Assembly: GCF_032191835.1 (NCBI RefSeq)
Contig: NC_083234.1
Coordinates: 26,660,001 to 26,724,000 of the forward strand
Reading direction: 5' to 3'
DNA: 64,000 nucleotides
Source of the DNA: Heteronotia binoei
Lineage: Eukaryota
Shown one piece after another: positions 11,145 through 22,408 of the stretch. Position numbers and translations under genes: made by a program. The first letter of the stretch is position 1, and each line of letters begins with the position of its first letter. The notes beneath the pieces were generated by a model. The model saw only the letters and a list, made by a program, of their open reading frames with translations, did not search any database and was not told the DNA's origin.

Positions 11145-13436
11145 CAAAGAACTTCTGGCTCTGTGGAAGACTGGTCTTGCTCTTCTGGCTAGCACAGTCC
11201 TTTGTCTGAAGTTCCGTTTGACAAAGACTTGGGCAGTCTGGCAGGATCCATGCCTAAGCTAAGCTTGATTGCCTTATGTAGATGTAACAGCTGTTGTGTA
11301 CGTGAGCCTCTCACTTCTCTGTCATGGAGTCTAGCACTGCAGGAAGATGGTCGCCGATGATGTTAGCCGACCAACATGGCTTTCATGGTCAAGGCTGGAA
11401 ACCGCTTGCCTGGATAGTTTCTGGCGACGCGACTTCTTCCACTGCAACGGTCGAGATGTTGCATGCACAGAGCGGCTGGAAACCCATCTGTACTTCTGGC
11501 TAGCACTCTTCCAGAGATATAGAGTGCTGTTGTAACGCTGAGGCTGTTAGTATTCACAGAAGTCTCTTATAAAATGGTAGATAAAACCCACGTTTCACAG
11601 CAGATGTGTGTGAGTTGTATCTCCAGGCACCCTGGCAACCAAATGGGTGATTACGATGTCCATATATAACTGAAATTAGGGGTCTCTTGCTTACAAGAGT
11701 GTGTGGGGTAAAAGTAAATAAACAGAATTCTGACACCATTTGTTTTATTGTAATGTAACAGGTTTTCCAAAAAAAGTCATGAGGATTAATGTTGGTTTGG
11801 CCTCTGGTATTGGGAACTGTCTTCTCAGAACTCACACATCAAGTTCAAAACACACGCACTTCACATACAGCACAGTCTGGTGTACGTCTAATACTTTTAC
11901 CATCAAACACAGAACTTTGTTGGGCCCTCAGGAGCCTTAAATATATAGTCTAAAAGAACATGTTTCCATTGCCTTGTACATCAGTGAATATTCTCAGACA
12001 GAGCAGGCTGTGCTTCTTCCAGAGAGCGGGATGCCAAAGAAATGAGATCCACCGTTCAGTGGTGAGATGGGCCAGTGGGAAGGAACAACATGCTTCTCGT
12101 ATCCCATGTGAGCAAAGGCATCCTTTAGTCTAGCTTGTATCAAAAATGCTTCCGCCCAATAGTCCAAAGTATCAATGTTTAGTCCGTGTTCCAGTTAGTG
12201 GCTTCTGCTTGCATTTTGACACAGGTCCTGTAGATCTAAAAGATATAATAAAGGCAAGGATTAGGGACTTTCGATCATGTTGTTGAAAAACTCAAATAGA
12301 AGTTCAAACATCTTCAAAGCTTTGGTGTTCGGTTATTAGGAACAGCCACTGCTTTCCAGCATTGCGGGGTAAGCAATTGCCAGGTACAGGAGCTTGTATC
12401 TGACAAAGGGAATTTTGACTCTTTAAGGCTTACATATCCTGCAAATCTCGTTGGACTCTTTAGGTGTTACTGGACTCAAATCTAGCTGTTCTACTGCAGT
12501 CCAACACAGCTACCCTCTGGAAAGAATTTATGTTGCAGTTCCTTCTTAAATAGCCAGAGAAGAATAATTAAACCTTAACAAAGGTTCCATACGAATCTTA
12601 TTATAAACCCTAGACCTGTCCTTTCTTCACCTTATGTAGACTAACAGTGTAATCTTAAATATCCCAGTATAAGCCTACTGAAAATCAGTGGAGTAATTAT
12701 GCACAGAGATGTGCAAGTAATTTATATTAAATGCAGCGCTAAAACTTGAGTGCCCCATGCAGCTTCCACCATACTGTTGCCACCAAATAAATATGCTGTA
12801 AGCCAAATGACACTGAAAAAAGACCATCAAATGTTATACAGCTCTCTATTAGTCAATCTGCAACATAAATTTTACAATATAGTAACTTTCATTACATATT
12901 ATATAGAAACATTCAATGTATTCATACACAATTAAACAACATCTGTGGTCAAGGAATATGCATTAAGCTGAAAGTTTCCCCATCTCAATGTAACAAAATT
13001 GCGCTGAAAATGTTCCTTACAAACTCTTAAAGCGACTTGCTCAATAGTAATGTCCATTTAATGACTTTCCTTATTCTGCACTGGAGAAGATCTCTTCTAA
13101 ATAGCTTGCCTCCGTTAGACAAGTATACCTGGATGAAAAAGGGAATACTTCCACAAACTTATCAGCAGGAATGCTTCCACAGACTGATTTACAAAACAGC
13201 AGGATGCGCTCCTCCAGATGGAAAGCGGTTTTGTTAATGACTTCTTCAACTTGCTTCCAGCAGTGAGTATACTTACAACCATTCCTGTTTGGAACCCAAC
13301 GTGAATGAACAAAACTTCAATAATGTGGACCCAGCCTGCTATTATTAGAAAACAAAACCACTTCCAATCCAATGGAAACAACTCAATAACAGGCTGCCAC
13401 ATGGAATGAAGCATCCCCCCCCCACTGCTTACTTAC

Positions 13437-14036
13437 AGTGCATCACTGTCTCTTTGACCTGCCCAAAAACTTTCTCCTGGACCGAGACATTGATGTAATA
13501 GATGCATTTGAGCTCCCTCGGATAGTCTCTGCGGTCAATGTCCTTCAGCACAGGGATGATGCGCCCATTGGCCATCGGTGCCTCCATCAAGGCCTGGTGC
13601 ATTTGGTACACGCACCAAGGATCCTTGAGGAACCCAGAGGTGATGAGCAGCACCCAGCAATGGCTGTTCTGGACAGCTTCACACAGTTCTGAAACAATGG
13701 CTCCCCCCGGGACCGCATCCCGCAACTGAAGAAAGCAACGGAAGTGCTCAGGTTGGCTCTCCAAGTAGCAGACCATCTGCTCCACAAATTCAAGGTCCCC
13801 CTCGCTGTGGCAGATGCACACATCGTACAGTTTGTTCCAACGTGCGCTGTCCGAGCTGCTGATGTTCATGCAGAAGGTGGAGGATGTCTGTTTCGGGCTA
13901 TTCACTGAACTGTTGGCTAGAGAGTTCGAGCTCTGCACCAGATGAGGAGAAGGCGAAGGTGGAGAAGCACTGTCCGCAGAGCTTCTTGAGAAGTCTGAAC
14001 TTTGCCTGGACTTCTGCAGGAGCCACTTGAACAAAC
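13437..14036 (-). CDS. TIRAP: TIR domain-containing adaptor protein (Mal), main coding exon
   Basis: Contains YDVCICHSEGD (box 1), CFLQLRDAVPGGAIVSELC (BB loop), DPWCVYQM and YPRELK. Acceptor tggcag|GT; donor CAC T|gtaagt. Confidence 0.96.
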
Positions 14037-14282
14037 CTGCCAGTAAAGAATTGGATAAAATGAACCGACAAAACTGTAACAGAATACTGTAAGAACCATC
14101 TTGCTAAATCACATCGAGATCTGTGTTCTGTTTCTGGCAACAGCCAGCCCAATCTTTCTGTAAGTTCCCTAGCAGGACATGGTGATGATGATCACCTTAT
14201 TTGTCCCAAGCACCTGGTAATCAGGGCATCGCTTCTGTACACAGAGCTGTTAAAATAAATCTCCAGGCTTTTACAGCTGAGG

Positions 14283-14700
14283 ATATCTGAAGCTGCCTTA
14301 TACTGAATCAGACCTTTGGTCCATCAAAGTCAGTATTGTCTTCTCAGACTGGCAGCTGCTCTCCAGGGTCTCAAGCTGAGGTTTTTCATGCCTATTTGCC
14401 TGGACCCTTTTTTGGAGATGCCAGGGATTGAACCTGGAACCTTCTGCTTCCCAAGCAGATGCTCTACCACTGAGCCACCATCCCTCCCCATGAACATATG
14501 AAGCTGCCTTCTACTGAATCAGACCTTCGGTCCATCAAAGTCAGCATTGTCTACTCAGACTGGCAGCGGCTCTCCAGGGTCTCAAGCTGAGGTTTTTCAC
14601 ACCTATTTGCCTGGACCCTTTTTTGGAGATGCCGGGGATTGAACCTGGGACCTTCTGCTTCCCAAGCAGATGCTTTACCACTGAGCCACCGTCCCTCCCC
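14283..14700 (-). mobile_element. Two head-to-tail tRNA-derived SINEs; more copies at ~17596-17785(-), ~34275-34475(-), ~45385-45530(+), ~46553-46750(+), ~50970-51170(-)
   Basis: Head ggtggctcagtggtagagcatctgcttgggaagcagaaggtcccaggttcaatccc (A and B boxes); LINE-like tail ...tctgattcagtataaggcagcttcatatg. Confidence 0.85.
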
Positions 14701-15535
14701 TATATATGTGCATGCATCTGAATTTTGGCGTTAAACCTTCAAATTCTCCTCCTAGAATGTCAGCTTTAAAAAGGCAAACACCTTCCAGGGTGAGCAAGTC
14801 CAGAACAGCATCTCTAATCAATGACATGACCCATGTCTGAAACTGACCTTACATACTGTTCAAGATCTGCACAATGAAATACCACCTATTCCCCCAACAC
14901 CATTGTTTTTCCACATAGGATAGCAAATACAATCACAAACAAAACACATGTCATCCTACTACCCTCCCCTCCCCAATGCAACTCATCAACAGAAATTAAA
15001 GGGAGAGAAAAGGAAAAAGAAAGAGAGCTGCACTGATTTAAGCATATTCTGCTATTGGGACAAATGGACTGGAGTATTTATTTCCAAGTTCCACTGGGAA
15101 TGGGGGTATCAAGATTGTGTTTTGTTTGGCTTCTAAAAAGTTGTATATAATGGTAATAGGTCTACAGAGAATTTCCAAGGACTGGAGCAGAGAAAGGGGG
15201 TCAGCTTCCAAGTCTGCAAAAGACTTAGGTCCAAAAACAGAGGTCAGACAATGTTTTAACTGAGTGTATCGTCAACTAGTTATGACTGAGAGACTAAATT
15301 CTGTGCACAGAGAGCTGAAGGGTTTGAAATCATCATTTGGGCCAATCAACAGAGATAAGAACATTACACCACTAGATTCCCAGTTTTTTCCAACACCTAC
15401 CATTGTTGGTCCTCATCTTAATCTGAGGAATTTTCCAAATAGTTAGATCCCTTTGTGTGAATGAGTCAGAGTCCAATTAAATGTGTCCCACCTATTAGAC
15501 TGAAAAGTCATTTAAAACAGAAAGCACTTACTCAC

Positions 15536-15542
15536 CAGCCAT
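15536..15542 (-). CDS. TIRAP: TIRAP start exon coding part (ATG GCT G)
   Basis: ATGGCTG|gtgagt, phase 1, splices in frame to give MAGLFKWLLQK. An upstream in-frame TAA lies at 15642-15644. Confidence 0.8.
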
Positions 15543-15889
15543 ATCAGGATTAAGCTTCAGGTGGGAAGCATCTGCAAATCTCTTCCTTTGCAAGTAACGG
15601 GCCAGAAAAGAGGCTTGAGAAGGGATGTTCCGTTCCTCCACTTACACTGGGACTTGACTCAGGTCAGCTCTTGCTGCATCTGGGGCACCATTGAAAGGAT
15701 GAAAGCAAACTGAGGGTCACTTAAAATAAGCCACAAGCTTAGTCCAAAATGAACACACATTGAGGAGAGCAGTAGTATTGTATGAAATGCAGCTTTCAAA
15801 CCAGAGCCTAGCGATTTGACCCAAACCTACCACACTACTCCCTTATCTGCTGCTGAAACTAATCCCTTCACAAAGGCATAGGCTATGGG

Positions 15890-16042
15890 CAGTGTTCCCT
15901 CTAAGCTGAGTGTGAGCTAGCTTACAGTTTTTTAGCCTCAGTCTTAGTGAATTAATTTATGCAGTAGCTCACAACTTTAATGCCAGTAGCTCACGAAGTA
16001 TAACTTCTGCTCACAAGATTCTACAGCTTAGAGGGAGCATTG
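15890..16042. mobile_element. hAT-type MITE; related copy at ~46312-46505
   Basis: TIR cagtgttccctctaag / cttagagggagcattg; 8-bp TSD gctatggg/gctatagg. Confidence 0.8.
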
Positions 16043-19000
16043 GCTATAGGGCACCTGTGGGTAACATATGGCTTTTAGGCAATATTAGCAAAAATGTGGG
16101 CTGTGTAGAGATTCATTAATGCCATTTTTGTGAGTTTTTTCTTTAAAAACATTCCAGTTGCAGAAATGATTTTTGAGAATACTACTGTAACCCGCTGTTC
16201 AGACAACCAAAAAAACCCAATCAGTTATCATTAACATGTTTGGCTTCTAAAAAATTGTATATATTGATAGTGTGTCTACAGAGAACTTACAAGGACTGGA
16301 GCAGAAAAAAGGGTCAGCTTCCAGAGAAAAGGGATCATCTGCAAAAGCATGTATTGCTGTATCTAATAGTTAACTGGATGGTCTCTGCATGGATAGCAAA
16401 AGCTGCCTAACAGGTGATTCCTTGTGAGACAAGATAGGGATCTTAATTTGCTTCAAGTCTATTCTCACCAACCTGTGATATTCCAGCTTCCAATCATTTT
16501 GCACCCCTCATAAATCTTGAGAAAGATACCAACTCCGCTGACGGGAGGAGAGATAAATCTCTCCTGCTGCAAACAGTTGACAAAGACTTTGAACTTGCTA
16601 CAACTGATCATATACAGCTAATTGCTAAAACTGTTGAATCTACTTGACTACCTCTGCCCTTTCCATTGCTGTCTTTTGTATACTGGAAACCAAGATCTGA
16701 CCCTGGAAATAGTATCTTCCATCTTATACATTAGCTGGTATTTTTTCCCCTTCATATCCATGTTGATGAAATAAAACATTTCCTGATGGATATCAGACTG
16801 AGTTTCTCAGAATCTTACAGGGGATTGAAGGGAATAATGGAGAAGGAAAGGATGGTCAAAGGTTGGAATGTAACCTCCTATGCAAACGCTGAGTATATCA
16901 GATTGCCACTTGCTTAGGATTCATAGTGGGGGCAGCTGCAACCTTTATGGGATGTTTGTTGGTTACTCAAGGATATTTGGTTAGCCACTGTCAACCATCC
17001 AATGCAGAACTAGATGGATGCCAAGGTTGTATTTTGCCTAGGGCCCCCAAAAAACCTTCAGTCAGCCTTGGATGGGTATAACAAGTGAATTTGGACTTGT
17101 GAGTCACCATACCAAAAAAAGTTGGGAACTGCTGTCTTAGAGAATCCTGGACAAACAGCTTTGGGGATAGGCTGGGAAGTTCCTAATCGTTCCCTTTTCT
17201 CACTGGTGATTCCTTGTGAGTCCCCAGCTTATTATACTAACTTAACAATACTAAGAATGTACAACTGAAATGAACACACATTCTTGCCTTTTACATCCAT
17301 GCTTGCATCTCCACCCCTTTTGTTCCAGATTTTAAGACATAAGCTTTCCATGGTGGAGATCATCCTCCTCTGTCCAATACAGTCTCTAGACCACAATACT
17401 TGTTGATGGTGCTATATATAACATAATAAATGATAGCCCTGTGTGGCAAATACTAGTCTCCTTATCCCAAAAAGAAAAAGTTGAATAACCTGTTACTAGG
17501 TTGGCATCATTTGCTAAGAGTAGGTGATGTCTATTGCCTCCTATCCATAGATAAGCTCCATAGGTTCAGATATACTACACATGAATACACACCTGAAGCA
17601 GCACAATACTGAATCAGACCATCAGGGTCAGTATTGTCTGCTCAGAAAGTCAGTGGCTTTCCAGGGTCTCAGACTGAGGTCTTTCACATCACCTACTGCC
17701 AGGTCTTTTTTAACTGGAGATGCTGGGGACTGAACCCTCAGACCTTCTGCACACAAAACACAGGCTCTTCCACTGAGCCACAGCCCCTCTATTTTCAAAA
17801 AAGATTTATTTCAACAGTTTTAACACAATTATTAAAAACTAAGAAATAAATACGATACAATAAAAAGTCTAGAAACTGGCCAGTTCCTCCAGATTGTCTG
17901 CAGATGACGGAATCATCAAGAGCAGTCCAAGGAGCCCAGAGTTCAAGCCCCCGCCTTTGCTACTGCGTAGACCTGTCATTCAGACATAGTACCTGAGGCA
18001 CCTACCAAGAGGATCTCCTCATTCATGGGACATAGGGAAGGAGGGGCAGTCTTTGAGGCCATATGGGGGCTAGAGCTATTCAGGACATTCCAAACCAGAT
18101 TGAAAAATAGCAAGGAGTCAGGGGAAACCTTGGCAAACTGGTATAACATTGCCTTCAGCAACAGATCACATTTCACAAAGCAGGGGCTACAGCATTCTAT
18201 ACTAGTTAAAGCTTCTAAGCAGTTCTCAGGGGCAGCCCCACGGGAAGCAAATGGCAGTAGAAAGGTTAGAAGTGCGCAAGCTTAAGCTTTCATCAGACTG
18301 CAGATCACAGCCTTCCTGTCAGGAATGAAAGGCATACCTGATCATTATCAAAACCTTGGGTGTATCACCAACACTCCTCCCTATGGGTCACTAGCCTAGT
18401 TGACACTGTGGGCATTTCCAAAATTTCGAAAAAAGGCAGCAGGAGCCACCACAAAACGGCTGCCGTAGGAGCAAGGACCATATACAAAATAGTGGGAGGT
18501 TCCACATCACACATTCTTTGCCAATGGAAGAGGTTATCGCTGAGCCCGCTTGCGGGGAGGGTGAGATACAAATCCAATAAATGAAATGAAATGAATGGCT
18601 GCTAACTAGCAACCCAAAGATGATGCCAATGAGGCAGAGGGAAGCCAGGACTGAGGAACAGAAAGAGTTGGGTGGGAAAGCAATGGGTGCCAGGAAATAT
18701 ATCATGAGGCTTCCATGACACACTAGTTGAGATCACCATTCCACATATATGCCAGTGTCCTATGTCTTTAGCCATGCAGACAACAGAAATTCACCATGCT
18801 GAAACTTTTCTGTCCATATGCCCTCCCCCTGCAAAAATCAAAAACCTGACTTGCAGGTACAGGGACAAAGAATGCTTCTGCAGAATTTCCCCAGGATATA
18901 TCACTTTGTTAAAGGCCAGAAGCTGGCAACTTAAACTCACAGACAAGGATGCATAAGGGGTTTAAGAACAAAGAGTCTAGAGAAGGTGTTGAACTCATTT

Positions 19001-20289
19001 GTTATCTGACATAAATGAGACCTTGTTAGGCCAAACCATGTGTGTACCTATTTAAGATTAGGTAGCAGAAACATAAACTTTGGCTGATTCCGCATTAGCC
19101 TTTGCTCCGGCTTCAGCACTGTGTTTCCCCCAGGGCAGATGTTGGTTTCCACATATCTTGACCCAGGGCGGCAGTTTGACCCGCCTCCAAAGCGGTGTCA
19201 CCCTGCGTTTAGGAGATTGTCATTTTGCGAGAAGTTTAATTTTTGATGCAGGTTCGGGGCTTGAGATGTGCGGAACTCACAGCAAATGTGCTGTCAAACG
19301 TACGCATCAGTAGTACACACCCACATAATTCCATGCCCAAGATTCCACCCAGTTATTACGTCACACTTCCTTAATTTTACTTCCTTTGAAAATTATCCGC
19401 CATTATCCGATAAAAAAATATTTTTTTAAAAAGAAAGCAGGTTTCGCATTACAATGCTCTAACATATAACAATGTAACACGATTTTTTTCTTTTACTGAA
19501 TAAATCCCTTACTTTCACCCGCCCGTACTCTTTATGGTATTCCACGTGATTTTGACAATGTGTCATTGCATTGTGATTACAGGCGTGATTAATGCTGCCC
19601 TCCATTATCTGGGAAGTACTCCGCCATGCAATTTGTTCGTTCATAAATTTCTTCCCCCCTCCAACTGAAATAGCTCTGTACTATTATAATTTTTTTTTTG
19701 CCAATAATACCTTTACAATGCAAGCAAATAAATAGTGATGTTCCGCAAACTACTTTTAAGATCCGTGATTGCCGCCTTTATCGATTCCCCCCTCCCCAGC
19801 CGTATGGCCTCAAACGGGAATTTGATTATGTTTATAGCCCTTTGTTGATGTGCTGGGGAAAATATTTTTGATATCCCCGCCCCCCCCCCCCCCTTAAGCA
19901 TCTGTTTTTAATTTGTTGTAGCTTTTAACTGAAAACTGTGTGCTTAGAATTCCAAGTGTGTATTGCAGAACCACTGAGACCAATCCACCATTTCCTGCTT
20001 TAGACAACAGACCAGGGGGCAGATTAATGGCGGTGGCCTCAGCACGATTTAAGGGCTCGCGAGATCTTAAGATCACATACGAGAATCCAGTGCCTCTCTT
20101 TTCCAAGCCAGCCAATAAGCGTGTAACACCACACACGCTGGCCAATCAGATCCTACATATGGTCTGGTGGGAAAAAAGAATGGAAGGCTTGCAATGACAT
20201 TGTGGGAAGAAGACAGATCACTGCTCTGCTGTCTTCCATTCCTCTTGGAGTACTCAGTGGTCGATCAGAAGCCATTGTTAAGCTTGGTG

Positions 20290-22105
20290 ATGGCGTCAGG
20301 TGGCAAACATTCTGGAGTTCGGGGTGTTTCTTGGAGGGAGCGAGAGACCGTGGACCTGCTTGCGATCTGGGGAGAGGATAAAGTACAGAATGCACTGTTT
20401 GCATGTCACAAAAATATAGATCTATTTGAGTGGATCTTCAAACAAATACATGCCCGGGGACACAAGCAGTCTGCCACTGAGTGCAGGACAAAGACAAAGG
20501 CTTTGCGTCAGCAGTGCCGCTTAGTTGTGAGCCATAACGCAAAGTCTGGTGCCTTTCTGCGTTCCTGTCCCCATTTCAAGACTCTAGACCACATACTAAG
20601 CAAAGACAAAGGTATAAAAACACCTAACATGAAGAGGGCTAGTAAAACGATGCTTTTGAGGCGAGAACAAAACAAGTAGAATTTGCCGGCCTCGGACTCT
20701 GAGGAAGTATTAATGCAAGACCTATTCATGATTAATCCCAAATACATCAGTGCATCCTCTCCCAATCCTGGTCCAAGTCTGCCTAATGATGAGTTTCCAT
20801 TTTCCAGAAATGCATCCTCAGGCGGGGATCGCAGAGCGGGTGAGTGTGGCAGGGAGTTGTTCGACGCGGCTGGTATTTTAAAAATTGAAAGTGTCATGTT
20901 TTCGTTGTAACATAACAACGCAATCAAAATAGGTTATGCATGCACGATCTGAGCTAAGAGGTGCTTTCCACCATTCCCTCTAAGCTTTTCAGTTCAGTGA
21001 GCAACAGAACTACTTTATGAGATGCTGATATTAAATTTCCGCGCAAGCATGCTGCATGAATAAGTTTTCTCTAGGGCCAATATTACTCAACTAATAGCCA
21101 TAGCTAAGAAGCGGCACTGATACTATGCAATATTATTCTACGTTATTATTTTAAGGAAATGTTATATGCACCATGCAATGAAAGGACCAATTCTTGTGAT
21201 CTGATTTAATATACCTACCTGATCATCAATAGGTGGGAGCACAGAATTATCTGATGCAGCACCAGAGAAGATGTGGAGAAGATGTGTTCCAAACAATAGA
21301 GCGTGAAAATGTGGAAGGTTTGTGATTCCCATGTTTTTTATCATGTGCTGGTCCAAAAAATTATGCTGCGATTTAAGTTGAGACCACATGCTGGGGTGTG
21401 CTTTCTGTATGTATGGGCATTCCAAGGGATGAGCACCTTGACTTTTTCTTGAAGATTTACACATCCTTCATTATTTCCTAGTTCACTTAATTTATAAACC
21501 TCACCCTGTTTAATCAGGTGTTTAATCAGCTGTTCAATCCCCTGACCTAAAATTCATGTTGGGTTTTTTGTCTCTAAACCAATTTAGGTGAAGTGGTAGC
21601 GCAGGAAGAGGCCACGGATGAGGCAGATACTGGCAAGGAGGACAGGGAGATTGATAATGCCCGGCAGCAACGTGTCGCCATGCTTAACACTGTTGCAAAG
21701 ATGATGGAGCAGGGGGGAAAAGACCACACAGAGGCAATCGAGCGCATGGACAGATGGGTAGAGATGGAGGAGCGGAAGATGCAGATGAATGAAAGAAAAT
21801 TCACAGCACTGCTAGCAGAGGGGGAACATGACAGGAAGTCTCTGGAAGATTCCATGCAGAAGAAAGTTGATGCAATTACGTCTGCTGTGGGTGCCCTATG
21901 TCACTTGGGAGAGATCTTTGCAGGGATAACACCCCAAATCACAAACAAGGAAAAAACATGTGCTTGTTCTTCCGCATCTGGCAGTGCAGAGAAACCTGAT
22001 GCTTGGTGTGCTAACAAGCACCAACGTGGAAGGTTGCCATCAGACATGGATTACCCTGTACTGGCACCGGATACCCTGCCAGAGCAAAAGCATCCTCGGC
22101 TATGA
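20290..22105 (+). pseudogene. Harbinger Myb/SANT-like gene 1 (exons 20290-20839 and 21588-22105; ~355 codons; in-frame TAG at 20677)
   Basis: SWRERETVDLLAIWGEDKVQ...IFKQIHARGHKQSATECRTKTKALRQ...CPHFKTLDHIL is a trihelix Myb/SANT signature. Phase-1 intron CGG|gtgagt...tttag|GT joins in frame. Acidic linker and C-terminal coiled-coil-like region. Confidence 0.85.
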
Positions 22106-22408
22106 TGAACTGGCAAGTGGCAGGACCTATGCTGGTGGCAGGGATAAAAAATGTGCATGCACTGGCAAGGAGAGAGTGCTGTTTGAGCCCTAACCTAATT
22201 TGTGAAGCCATAGTGTGCTTAACATATCCTTCAGCCAGGAAACATTGTTCCCAAGCTTCTGAATGTGTTGTTTTTATGCTTCTTGTTTGGCTTAAATGTT
22301 TTATGTTGGTTGTTTTCCTTTTTGCTTGATGTATATTAAAAACTTATTGCAAGCATGCAGCATTAAAACTTTGAAGTGAAGGGAAGTTCATAAACAATAG
22401 AAAACTTT

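Noticed and set aside
13115-13414. 99-aa ORF as an independent gene
   Set aside because: It lies in TIRAP's last intron or 3' region with no homology recognised; relevant only as a possible alternative C-terminal frame.
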